Positions 9,811 to 19,134 of a stretch of DNA of 64,000 bases are shown here, in pieces. Below the pieces are notes generated by a model. That model was not told the origin of the DNA. It saw only the letters and a program-made list of their open reading frames with translations, and did not search any database. The stretch is from positions 1 to 64,000 of the forward strand of contig JAVKJW010000011.1 of the NCBI GenBank assembly GCA_031458695.1, written 5' to 3'. The position numbers and the translations under genes were made by a program. Source of the stretch: Candidatus Thermofontivivens primus. Lineage in GTDB: Bacteria; Sysuimicrobiota; Sysuimicrobiia; Sysuimicrobiales; Thermofontiviventaceae. Each line of letters opens with the position of its first letter. Positions within the stretch are counted from its first letter, which is position 1.

Positions 9811-10418
9811 GGATTGTCTCCCCCTTTTTCCCCTGGATTGTGCTCATTCGTTGATTGGTCGTTTGGTATTGGCAGACGTGTCGCTCGCAATCTCCGCTTT
9901 GGTCTTTGTCCTCGTGAAATCCCTCTTGGCTTTGGGAGTCTAGATTTTGAAAAGTCAAGCTCTGAAATCGGAGGGATTTCCCATTCATAACTTCGCTTCA
10001 GAATATCCAACTGAATTGAAGTCTCAGTGCGTCGCACCCCTGGCACTTGCGCTAGTTTTTCAATAAGGAATTTAAGAAGTGCCTGATTAGAAGGGAAAAG
10101 GCATTCAATGATAATGTCATGAGCCCCTGTTGCGTAGCCGACATACCGAACTTCTTTCATACGAACGAGTTCCTGGGCAACTTCTGTAAGTCTTGGCAGA
10201 TCGACGTCTACGCTGATTAAAGCAACGGTATTCAGCCCAATTTTAAAAGGGTTCGCAACAGCGGCAATTTTGACTATCCCTTCATGGATCAGCCTTTCGA
10301 TCCTTCGCCTGACAGTTCCCTCGGCGACTCCAAGGTGTCGAGCGATCTCACTGTTAGGCATCCTGCCATCCCGTTGCAACAAACCGATGATTTGCCTATC
10401 AAGCTCATCTATCCCCAT
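9807..10418 (-). CDS. Lrp/AsnC family transcriptional regulator with a basic C-terminal extension
   Basis: IDELDRQIIGLLQRDGR...EIARHLGVAEGTVRRRIERL HTH; TGAHD. Confidence 0.92.
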   Translation of the reverse strand: MGIDELDRQIIGLLQRDGRMPNSEIARHLGVAEGTVRRRIERLIHEGIVKIAAVANPFKIGLNTVALISVDVDLPRLTEVAQELVRMKEVRYVGYATGAHDIIIECLFPSNQALLKFLIEKLAQVPGVRRTETSIQLDILKRSYEWEIPPISELDFSKSRLPKPRGISRGQRPKRRLRATRLPIPNDQSTNEHNPGEKGGDNP

Positions 10419-10451
10419 TGGTTTCGCTCCAAGTTGCGAACTTCGGCAATA

Positions 10452-10480
10452 TTTTTACCATATTGTACGAATTATGTCAA
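10452..10480 (-). promoter_or_regulatory. Putative sigma70 promoter of the lrp-dpp operon
   Basis: TTGACA-17 nt-TAAAAA with TG extension, in an AT-rich stretch upstream of lrp. Confidence 0.5.
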
Positions 10481-10529
10481 GCTGGAAAGCCAAGATGACC
10501 ATTTTCTTATTAACAATGGCACATTTTGT

Positions 10530-10880
10530 GAGGTCCCGTCAAAGGGTGTATAAATTCGCATCGGGCCGCCTCCCGCGTCACTGGGACTCCGTCCTTGTAT
10601 TGGGTTCCAGTGTAGACCCCTGCCAGTAGCTCAGGTACGTTTAGCCTCCGGCACTTCCAGGCTACCATGAGTATTTTTCAGATCACTCCTGGGCCCGTTC
10701 AGTAGCTCTGGACCCCGTCCACTGCGGCCCGCCGTTCGTAGCGAGCCCGCCCCCGCAACTCCGTAACCTCCTGCTCCAGGAAATCCTGGATGAACTCCCG
10801 GATCTTAACCCGAAGCCACTCTCCCAGCTCCTCCCATTTAGGGTTTGAAGAGAGAGTGCTCTGTGGTACCTTTGCTCAGG
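10530..10880 (-). mobile_element. IS256-family remnant, internally deleted
   Basis: Minus strand encodes WEELGEWLRVKIREFIQDFLEQEVTELRGRARYERRAAVDG (IS256 Tnp N-terminus), then RRLNVPELLAGVYTGTQYKDG (C-terminus), ending in an IS256-like terminus TTTATACACCCTTTGACGGGACCTC. Confidence 0.7.
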
Positions 10881-10934
10881 TGTTTCCTCTATGGAAAGGC
10901 GCTTTGGGGACGTTGATATAGAGCCGTGCCCTCA

Positions 10935-11351
10935 GCAAAGAGATGGACCGTCGGATCCGGATGTTTGGACTTCATGTGGCCTAGCTGGGAGTACGTCCAT
11001 GGAGGGGTCTTGAGCACATTATCCGTGAGGTGGTCGAGGAGTTCCTGGGCAAGACCTTCACCACTGGAGGGCGCCTTGTCCTCACGGATGCAGAGGGGGA
11101 GTCTTCAGCGTGAAAGGCGCACAGGTCGAGTTCGACCTCTATGCTTCCGATGGCGAGGCCTGCTTGGTAGTGGTGAAGTTTCACGTGGAGCCTGAGGACG
11201 TCCTGCTATCCCATCGGAAGTTCCGGCTCGCAGTCCGGAAGCTGAGCCGGGAGGTTATCCCGATGATTATCGCAATGAGCGCCAAGAAAAGGCCGAACAG
11301 CTGATGCGGTCGCTCGGGATCCAGTACATTGTAAGGACGCACGTATCCTGA
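10935..11351 (+). pseudogene. Degenerate DUF3782-like PD-(D/E)XK nuclease-fold gene
   Basis: Frameshifted reading gives LEHIIREVVE..LTDAEGE..QVEFDLYASDG..VKFHVEPEDVL..RK..LGIQY. Confidence 0.5.
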
Positions 11352-11435
11352 TCCGCACAAGAGGTCCTGGCGCTATTCGCACGGCTGTTTTTCTGGAATG
11401 TCCGAACAACATCGTGAAAGTCAGCCTAGTACGTA

Positions 11436-11478
11436 TTGACTTCGAAGATTGGTAATACTATAATCCACTTGGTAATAC
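11436..11478 (+). promoter_or_regulatory. Sigma70 promoter and operator repeats of the AbrB-VapC operon
   Basis: TTGACT-17-TATAAT (11436-11464); direct repeat TTGGTAATAC at 11449 and 11469. Confidence 0.75.
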
Positions 11479-11510
11479 AAAATCGGCGAAGGAATGGCAG
11501 AGGATCCATT

Positions 11511-11768
11511 GTGAAGACGACAACCGTGAACACAAAGGGGCAGGTTGCAATTCCGGTCGAAATCCGTCGAAAGTACGCCATACGTCCAGGCACCCGTGTC
11601 ATCATCGCAGAGTTTGAGGGACGGATCCTTATGGTCCCCTTGCCTGAAAATCCCCTGAGGGAGGGTCGAGGATCTATTTCCCTTGGGGCACCGGTAGCTG
11701 AGATTATCCGAGAGGTTCACCGGGAGGAGGAAACCCACGAGAGGGCAATCCGGAGTGTACGTCCTTGA
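11511..11768 (+). CDS. AbrB/MazE/SpoVT-family antitoxin (VapB-like)
   Basis: TVNTKGQVAIPVEIRRKYAIRPG motif; overlaps the PIN gene. Confidence 0.88.
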   Translation: MKTTTVNTKGQVAIPVEIRRKYAIRPGTRVIIAEFEGRILMVPLPENPLREGRGSISLGAPVAEIIREVHREEETHERAIRSVRP

Positions 11769-12171
11769 CACCTATGCAGTCCTCGCCTGGCTAGCAAACG
11801 AAGAGGGAGCGGACACGGTGGATGCCGTTCTCGATGAGGCAAGGCAAGGGCGGGCAGAGGTACTGATGACGTGGGTGAACGTCTGCGAGGTGTACTACAT
11901 CACGCTTAGGAAGAGTGTTGACAGTGTTCCTCCTGAGACTGCTGCCCTGAGGACCGTTGGAATACTTAAGGAACTTCCGATCACTCTCGTCCCCGCAGAT
12001 GAAGAGTTGTCCCTGGAGGCCGGCCGCGTCAAGTCGCGCTTTCCCATCCCGCTGGCCGATTCCTATGCGGCGGGTCTTGCAAGACAGCGGAATGCCACCC
12101 TCATTACCGGGGACCGAGAGTTTCAGTCTCTAGAGAATGCAGGATGGATAAAGATCCGTTGGATTACCTGA
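11755..12171 (+). CDS. vapC: PIN-domain toxin (VapC)
   Basis: YVLDT, EVYY, LADSYAA, LITGDREF acidic PIN residues. Confidence 0.9.
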   Translation: MYVLDTYAVLAWLANEEGADTVDAVLDEARQGRAEVLMTWVNVCEVYYITLRKSVDSVPPETAALRTVGILKELPITLVPADEELSLEAGRVKSRFPIPLADSYAAGLARQRNATLITGDREFQSLENAGWIKIRWIT

Positions 12172-12378
12172 CCGCCCTTGCTGTCGATACGCTTTTGCTG
12201 GTCAAATGCCACGGGCTTTTACCCGGGATTTGCGGTGAGGAGGCGTCCTATGACCGCAGTCACGGCACCATTCCAGGTGGGCCACGCTCGTCAGAGTCCG
12301 TGGCAGGGAATGGGTTGTGTTGCTTAGTGAGGATCCCGAGGTTCTCCTCATCAGCCCCTTACCGGTAGTGACCTTTGA

Positions 12379-13360
12379 CGCGAGTTTGACACCGGGTTCC
12401 AGAGAATGTCCATAGAAACGGGATTCTAGCTTTTTACAAAAGGACGTGGCACTAGGTAGGGGTCCCGTAGAGCGCTTGAGAGGTTAAACCCGAGGGGGAG
12501 GTTGTATCCCTAAGGCCTGGAAGGTTGCTGCTGCAGGACCCGCTAGCTCCATATGGACAAGAGAAAGCTACCTCCCAAGCTGGAGCTCGATGGCGGTGTC
12601 GCGGTTCAATGCTTGGAGCACTTCCCGAATAGGAGTATTGATCCCCTTTCGAAGGAGGGTCTGTTCAGAAACTACGCGCAGGACCAGGGCAAAGAAACAG
12701 ACCGCCACATGTCCCCGGATGCGTCGATCGGTCCAGTGGTAGATAGGCCGCAGTGCGAGAGGGGACTTCAGGGTGCGAAAGTGTTGCTCCAAGACCCAAA
12801 GCCGCTTGTAGACCAACGCCACCTCTTCGGGTGGGAGATCGGTGGAGGTGGACAGCACGAGCTTCCCGTCGCAGCGTGCCTCCTCCTCTACCTTGGCCCG
12901 ATCCACGATGGCAGTTCCTCCCTGGATGCGCAGGTACTTCCTGTAGCCCTTATTACCAATAAGCCCCCGCAGACCTCCTTTGCGTAGGGTCTCTTCCAGG
13001 TGGGTTAGGATCGCTTCCCTTTCCTGGGCTTCGGCTTGGGCCTCTTCAGGGTTCAAGCACACGATGTACCGCTGCCCAGTATAGAAGACCTGCTTGACGT
13101 ATAAGGTGTCTTTGACGCGGTGGTACCGTCCAGCAAGGCCCAGTACATCTCGCTGGATATGCGGGATCCTCCTCAAGCGCACACCCACAATGTAATCATA
13201 CCCTGCCTCCTGGAGTGCTGTAATGGTGCGCTTTCCCACCATCCCCCGATCGCAGACGAAGACCACGCGGTGGACGTAAAACCTCCCGCGCAATGCTCCC
13301 AGGGCATGGAGCAATGCATCAGGGTCGGCAGTGTTCTCCTCCAGGACAAGAAATGCGGGA
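12379..13360 (-). mobile_element. IS1634-family transposase remnant (5'-truncated, 3' frameshift)
   Basis: ENTAD, VFVCDRGM, CDGKLVLST, YKRLWVLEQHFRTLKS, LRPIYHW..RIRGHV; tail AATFQALGIQPPPRV lies in another frame. Confidence 0.85.
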
Positions 13361-13697
13361 TGAGCTGGGGACGGAGGGGTGTTACCTACCTCAGCCAGCT
13401 TGTGGTACTGCGGGTCAATGGAGCACTCACCTCATGGTTAGGGGAACGGTCCAGGCAGCCATTTAGTAAAGCCCTCAAGAGCGCGGCCCGGACGGTGCAA
13501 CACCGAGGGAGGGATATACGGCAAGAGACAGGCGCTTGGCAACTAGCGACAACTTCCAGCCCTCTATGGACCACATGCTGGTCGACCTTGGGTTCATGCA
13601 TGAGGGGCGCCGCAGCGGACGCCTACGTCCTTGAATTGGATACCAAGCGGGGGATTACCTGCACAAACTTGACAGTAGCTCAGAGGAAAGGCACCTT

Positions 13698-13730
13698 GAA
13701 TTGACCAAAATATGGTGCTATATTTGACCC
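13698..13730 (+). promoter_or_regulatory. Putative promoter/operator of the Phd-RelE operon
   Basis: AT-rich, imperfect palindrome AAATATGGTGCTATATTT flanked by repeated TTGACC, just before the AGGAGG RBS. Confidence 0.4.
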
Positions 13731-13746
13731 ATAGGAGGTAGCCATT

Positions 13747-14049
13747 ATGGTTCTCGACAAGATAGTTCAGGTGAGTGAGTTCAAGAAGAGGCCGGCGAAG
13801 TTCCTGGAGGAGGTCAGGAGCGGCACCCCTATTACCATTACCCAGGGCAAGCGAGCGGACTGCATTCTGGTGTCCCGGGACACGTGGGCACGTCTGCTCG
13901 CCCGCCTGGAGGAGCTTGAAGCCGAGGTGGAAACGCTTGAGCTGCTGATCGATCCAAAGGTGCGCGGGCGCCTGGCCGCCGGACTTCCGGAGCGCGGTGT
14001 CACTCTGGAGGAGGCGAGGAAGCTGCTAGAAGCGAGTTCCCGTAAGTAG
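13747..14049 (+). CDS. Phd/YefM-family antitoxin
   Basis: VSEFKKRPAKFLEEV...PITITQ...ETLELLID; AGGAGG RBS. Confidence 0.85.
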   Translation: MVLDKIVQVSEFKKRPAKFLEEVRSGTPITITQGKRADCILVSRDTWARLLARLEELEAEVETLELLIDPKVRGRLAAGLPERGVTLEEARKLLEASSRK

Positions 14050-14067
14050 ACAGAGAGGGGCCGCGCT

Positions 14068-14382
14068 TTGGCGATCGTTGAGATACACCCGGAGTGCCTG
14101 CGCGAGGATCTGTCCGCAATCCAGGACAGGACCGTGATTGCAGGGATTCTGGAGAAGATCTCGATCCTGAAGCGCGAGCCCGGATTTGGAAAACCACTTG
14201 CGGGGGCCCTCCTCGGGCACCGTCGGATCACTTACGGACGGTATCGCATTGTGTACCGGTGGGATCAGTCCCGGAATCACGTGCTCGTCTGGTATGTGGG
14301 GCTCCGCAAGGAAGAACTGTATCGCGCTATTGAAAGCGCAGCTCGTCGACGGGTCCGCACGGCGCTCCGGCGGTTTCCGTAA
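14068..14382 (+). CDS. RelE/ParE-family toxin
   Basis: PGFGKPLAGAL.GHRRITYGRYRIVY..VLVWYVGLR; directly after the antitoxin. Confidence 0.85.
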   Translation: MAIVEIHPECLREDLSAIQDRTVIAGILEKISILKREPGFGKPLAGALLGHRRITYGRYRIVYRWDQSRNHVLVWYVGLRKEELYRAIESAARRRVRTALRRFP

Positions 14383-14886
14383 AACTTTCGCTTCGATGCA
14401 GGCGGATCCTCAAGGACCAGGGACTCCCATGATCAACACCCTCGTGGATGTGCGCACCTGGTGCTCCCCGGATTTCCTCCTCCCCATCGGGCTCCACGGC
14501 TTCGACGGGATCCAGGCGAATCTCCTCCTCTGCTGCGGTATGGCGGGGAAGAGTACGAAGCTACTGACGAGGAAACCTGTCGACTTGACTGCTGCCTTGG
14601 TGAGAGATGGGAATACCTGCTCCCTCCGGGTATTGTTCCTCAACGGGCGGTTCACCGCGTGAGGAAAAACACGAGGAGAAGAGCGAGCAGAGCCATGGCG
14701 AGAACTCCCAGGACGAATCGGTTTCCCTGAAGGATCCCGCAATGCCGGGAATTTCGCCTCCTCAGGTAACCCGGAGGCGGGATGAAGATCCTGGGCAGTG
14801 CATAGAATTTCGGTTCCTCGCTCTTCCTTCGCAACGTCCTAGGACATTATACACCAGGTGGACGAATGTGGGATGAAAGTTGGAGG

Positions 14887-15108
14887 CTACTCTTCCTGTA
14901 GCTCTCTGAGGAGCTCATCAACCCGTCTTCTTGAGGCCCGAATTCGATCCAGGGCTCTCTCGTATTCCCTTTTGGAGGCCTCATTTTGGCCTTTCCCCGT
15001 TGGAACGGCCCGGGGAGGGGGACCTACACGCTTGCGCCATGGAGGCTTGGGGTTGCGCCACTTCTTGTTGGCCACGGAACTCACCGCGTTCTGAATCCTA
15101 CTTCGCAT
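14887..15108 (-). CDS. Small basic hypothetical protein
   Basis: 73-aa ORF with a helical C-terminus; no recognisable motif. Confidence 0.3.
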   Translation of the reverse strand: MRSRIQNAVSSVANKKWRNPKPPWRKRVGPPPRAVPTGKGQNEASKREYERALDRIRASRRRVDELLRELQEE

Positions 15109-15576
15109 TCATGGGGAACAGACGAATCTCCCGCCGCGGAGGGGGGTTGGCCGCTGCGGGAGGTTCCACGTTCCCCGACATCTACTTCACAGCTTACACG
15201 TTTGCTGAAAAGGAGCCGAAAATTGGCTCGAGGCATCGCATGCCAAAAGCGGCGTATGATCGGACAAAGTGAACGTCAGGAAAGGGTGATCCCTACGCTA
15301 TCTTGGTTTGTATGCTAGCGCCTGCTCCTTTTGAAAGCAAGTCGGACGGGCGTTCGTCACACCTGGGAAGGGCCCGGCTGGGCTTGGAAGTAGACCTCGC
15401 TGCCTAACGCGAGGCCGCTGGGTGAAGAAAGGAATTTGCCATTCGGGTCTGCCCGGAGACGGTGCGTCGGGCACTGCACCGGCTTCATCTGCGTTGACGT
15501 CGCCCTCGCCCTGTCCCCCCTCTCTCCCATCCCCAAGAGAGGAAGCAACGCCTGCTGTACCTACGCAGGCTGGCTG

Positions 15577-15621
15577 TTGTGGCTCTGGAGGTTGCGGGTT
15601 CAAGTCCCGTCGGCCACCCCA
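15577..15621 (+). other. 3' half of tRNA-His(GTG); probable att site
   Basis: TTGTGGC anticodon loop, TCTGG, T-arm GCGGGTTCAAGTCCCGT, acceptor strand CGGCCACC + CCA; the 5' half and D-arm are absent. Confidence 0.8.
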
Positions 15622-15721
15622 CCCAGAATCCTATCAGGATGCCCCCTACAGGAAGAGTCACGGTTTTCTGACAGTTCCTCCGCTGATCACTATGCACGCC
15701 ATCCGCTTCGCTTATGTAGGA

Positions 15722-16780
15722 TCATCGGAGAAGGAGAGGTGTGATGTTCAATTCCTCCGCAAGCGTTCTTAACTCTTCACAAACCTCTGGCACGAGTGGG
15801 ATGCCCTTCGCCCAGTTCTCACGCTCCGCCAGGAACTCTATCTCGCCGGGAAGATAGATGCGTTCTACGCCAGGAGCAGGTGGCAGAGAGCGTACTTGTC
15901 GGATGATCGTATCCACACGGGAAGTGAACTGGTCAAATGGTACAAAGGCTTTTACATTAAGCGCGATAAAAAGGTGGCCAAGGTCCTGTCCTCTGGTGAA
16001 ATCTGTAAAAAAGGGGGCGATCTCCGGTCCCACAGAAGAACCCGTCAGCACTCCACAAAGGATCTCTACCATTAGCGCGATCCCTGAACCCTTGGCTCCA
16101 CCAAAGGGCAGTAAATAGCCTGAGAGGACCTCTTCAGGTTCCGTTGCCGGGCGACCATCAGGCGTGAGGACCCACCCCTCTGGAATGGATTTCCCTTGCT
16201 TAGCCATGAGAACTACCTTGCCTCGGGCTACCGCGCTCGTGGCCATATCCAAAACCAGCGGAGGTTCTTCTCTCGCGGGCACCGCAATAGAGAGCGGGTT
16301 GGTGCCCATGAAAGGTGCTCTCGCACCCCAAGGGAGAACCATCGCGTTTGCGTTGCTGAAAGCAATTCCGATCATACCAGCTTGTACAGCCATTAGGGTA
16401 AAGAAAGCCATCATCCCACAATGGTTCGAGTGTGCAACTGCGGCAACTCCTACACCGTTCTTCTGAGCTCGTTCGATGGCAAGTTGCATCGCCTGACTCC
16501 CTGCAACGATGCCGATTCCATTATTCGCATCTAACAATATAACCGCTGATTCATCCCGCAGGATCGTCAGCACAGTCTCCGCACTCATCACCCCTTTGCG
16601 GATCCGCCGCACGTAGGTTGGTAAACGCATGATACCATGAGAACTCACGCCACGAAGGTCTGCTAGAACGAGGGAATCAGCCACGATATTTGCTTGGTCG
16701 GAGGGGACACCAACACGGGCAAGCGCATCCACACAGAAGTGTTTTGCCTTCGTAGGATTTACTCTTAGCTCTTTCTCCAT
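15722..16780 (-). CDS. Ldh_2 family (malate/L-lactate/ureidoglycolate/sulfolactate) dehydrogenase
   Basis: GVSSHG, HSNHCG, GTNPL, LDMATS, GGAKGSG, LPGEIE. Confidence 0.9.
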   Translation of the reverse strand: MEKELRVNPTKAKHFCVDALARVGVPSDQANIVADSLVLADLRGVSSHGIMRLPTYVRRIRKGVMSAETVLTILRDESAVILLDANNGIGIVAGSQAMQLAIERAQKNGVGVAAVAHSNHCGMMAFFTLMAVQAGMIGIAFSNANAMVLPWGARAPFMGTNPLSIAVPAREEPPLVLDMATSAVARGKVVLMAKQGKSIPEGWVLTPDGRPATEPEEVLSGYLLPFGGAKGSGIALMVEILCGVLTGSSVGPEIAPFFTDFTRGQDLGHLFIALNVKAFVPFDQFTSRVDTIIRQVRSLPPAPGVERIYLPGEIEFLAERENWAKGIPLVPEVCEELRTLAEELNITPLLLR

Positions 16781-16820
16781 TTCTGTTGTGAATGCCGCAT
16801 GGAACAGTAATTGGACTCTT

Positions 16821-17606
16821 TTACGCAGATTCCTCCAACAGCCCCTTTCGAATCTTCTCGTAGGTATCCTTTGCAGCAGCTGCGAGTAATCTTGCGTCTG
16901 TTCCAACTGCTACAAAGCGAAACCCTTGGCGAATACGAGCCAATGCATCTTCGGCTCCTTCTGCCATGATCCCCGCTGCGATGCCGTTGACATGAGCTGC
17001 GCGCAGGACTCGCTCTACAGCTTGCTGGAACAAGGGATGATCATATTGCTGAAAACAACCGAGGTCCATGGAGAGGTCCGCTGGGCCAATAAAAATCACA
17101 TCCACTCCGCGGACCGCCGCGATAGCTTCTACATTCTCGAGACTTTGTGCCGTCTCAATCTGGCAGACAACGATGACCTGGTTATTCCACTCTTTATAGT
17201 ATTCCATTAAGTCCATTCCATACCGGTTTGCACGAGTACCGGCGACTCCACGAATCCCAACTGGGGGAAACTTGCACGCAGAAACAACCCTCCGGGCCTC
17301 CTCGACCGTGTTCACAAGAGGGACAACCACACCCATTGCACCGCGGTCTAAGGCTTTCTTAATCAGGGCAGGATCGTTGTTGGCGACCCGAACCAGAGGG
17401 ATCACCTCAGTGCCCTTCATGGCGCGGATCATGTCCTCCACGGTTTCCCAACCGGCGGGGCTATGCTCCGTATCGATTAGAAGCCAATCCATTCCGAAAG
17501 TGGCCATCAGCTCAACAATGGACGGGGAAGGAATACTGATCCAGTGGCCAATCGCATGCATCCCATTTTCCAAGAGGTATTTAAGGCGATTCTGAATCCG
17601 TACCAT
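16821..17606 (-). CDS. HpcH/HpaI class II pyruvate aldolase
   Basis: IDTEHSP, KALDRGA, QIET, FIGPADLS. Confidence 0.92.
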   Translation of the reverse strand: MVRIQNRLKYLLENGMHAIGHWISIPSPSIVELMATFGMDWLLIDTEHSPAGWETVEDMIRAMKGTEVIPLVRVANNDPALIKKALDRGAMGVVVPLVNTVEEARRVVSACKFPPVGIRGVAGTRANRYGMDLMEYYKEWNNQVIVVCQIETAQSLENVEAIAAVRGVDVIFIGPADLSMDLGCFQQYDHPLFQQAVERVLRAAHVNGIAAGIMAEGAEDALARIRQGFRFVAVGTDARLLAAAAKDTYEKIRKGLLEESA

Positions 17607-17623
17607 AAAAGGACTCCTTCCCC

Positions 17624-19126
17624 TCAAGTTCTTGCAACCGCACGCCCACGAATCCTTCTGCCGGAAACCAGCAAGAAGATGACGAAGGCGATCAGGATGA
17701 GTCCAGCAGGGCGTAGGAACATCGACAAGAGGTTGTTCGAGTAAGTGAGAAGTGCCCGCCGCAATGAAGTATCCGCGATCTTGCCAATGAGAATACCGAG
17801 AACCATTGGCGCGGGGGGATAATCCCGGATACGCATCAGGTAACCTAATACGCCGAAGGCGAACGCGGTCATGACATCGAAGTAGGTAAATCCTGAGCCC
17901 CAGGCCCCAAGGACTCCTAATGCAACAGCGAGGGGAAGAATGAGCTCTCGCTGGATGTACAGCAGACGAATCGTAAGACTCGACAGGAGCCAGGCGCCAA
18001 TTCTCATCATCAATGCTCCGGCCCAGAAGAGAGCCACGGTGAAGGCCACAAAGCCAGGCCTGTCTATGAGCAACGTCGGTCCAGGCCTTACCCCATAAAT
18101 GAAGAGGGCCGCCAGCAGAATGGCCGTTGGCCCGCTCCCAGGAATCCCGAGGACGAGCGTAGGAATGAGGGCACCTCCGGATGTCGCGTTGTCTGCGGTT
18201 TCGGCTGCAATCAAACCTTCAAAGCTTCCTTTTCCAAACTCTTCGGGATGTCTAGAAGTTCTCTTAGCCCAATCATATGCAACCCAGGGAGAAACCGCTT
18301 CACCAATCCCTGGGATAATCCCTATTCCAACCCCTACAAGAGTTGCACGCACGATCGTCGGGAAGTGTCGGAAGATGAGATCCCACCGCATAATGGCCCG
18401 GCCAGGCCTCCCGGTGAGCTGATAAGGGACCTTTTCCTTGAGGACCATGAATACCTCGGAGAGACCGAATAGGCCGATGAGTGCGGGGACAAAGTTGATC
18501 CCCTTCACCAGATCAATTGTATAGCCAAAGCGTGGGTACCCCCAGATCGCATCCATGCCCACCATTGCAAAGAGAAGACCTGCAACCCCCGCGATCCAAC
18601 CTTTAATGGGATTTTTGCCAGCGAGAGCTCCAGCGATGATAATTCCTGCCACCGTGACAAGAAAAATTTCCCAGTCTCCAAGCTTGAGAGCAAGGAGCGT
18701 CACAAAGGGAAGGAAGATCAGGGTACACAGTTCGCCAAGGATCTCCCCCAAAAACGACGCACCGATCACCGCTCCCACAGCCTCCCTCGCTCTCCCCTGC
18801 TTTGCTAATGGGAAGCCATCGAGGACCGTCGCAGCTGCAGCCGGTGTACCAGGGATATTGATCATAATTGCCGTGAAGCCGCCGCTGAACTGGGCGCCCG
18901 TTTCTATGCCGATGAGGAGGGCGAGGCCCCATTCGAGGGGGAGACGGAAGACGAAGCCGAGCAGGAGCGCCATTGCCATCACGATCGTGAGACCTGGCAG
19001 AACCCCAACAACCAGCCCGATGAGTGTTCCTAAAAAGAGCGTTGCAACCGTGCCTGGCGAGGTAATGACATGGAGGAACATCGAGGGAAGCAGTCGCCAT
19101 TCCTGGATGATAAGTTCCCAAGACAT
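17624..19126 (-). CDS. tctA: Tripartite tricarboxylate transporter large permease
   Basis: GVLPGL, NIPGTPAAAAT..DG, ETADNA, LGIPGS. Confidence 0.92.
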   Translation of the reverse strand: MSWELIIQEWRLLPSMFLHVITSPGTVATLFLGTLIGLVVGVLPGLTIVMAMALLLGFVFRLPLEWGLALLIGIETGAQFSGGFTAIMINIPGTPAAAATVLDGFPLAKQGRAREAVGAVIGASFLGEILGELCTLIFLPFVTLLALKLGDWEIFLVTVAGIIIAGALAGKNPIKGWIAGVAGLLFAMVGMDAIWGYPRFGYTIDLVKGINFVPALIGLFGLSEVFMVLKEKVPYQLTGRPGRAIMRWDLIFRHFPTIVRATLVGVGIGIIPGIGEAVSPWVAYDWAKRTSRHPEEFGKGSFEGLIAAETADNATSGGALIPTLVLGIPGSGPTAILLAALFIYGVRPGPTLLIDRPGFVAFTVALFWAGALMMRIGAWLLSSLTIRLLYIQRELILPLAVALGVLGAWGSGFTYFDVMTAFAFGVLGYLMRIRDYPPAPMVLGILIGKIADTSLRRALLTYSNNLLSMFLRPAGLILIAFVIFLLVSGRRIRGRAVART

Positions 19127-19134
19127 ACACTCAC

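Noticed and set aside
11730..11760. Possible ACG start codons for vapC (after GAGGAGG) and dppC (near 7324)
   Set aside because: In-frame GTG starts lie nearby; two cases do not support non-canonical initiation
13380..13704. ORF fragments between IS1634 and the Phd antitoxin
   Set aside because: No family recognised in any frame; probably debris
14390..14880. Short overlapping ORFs, one with a hydrophobic stretch (MALLALLLVFFL)
   Set aside because: No consistent frame or motif; cannot support a gene call
15541..15621. Complete tRNA-His gene
   Set aside because: No D-arm or 5' acceptor strand, and the anticodon stem cannot pair; reported as an att-like fragment
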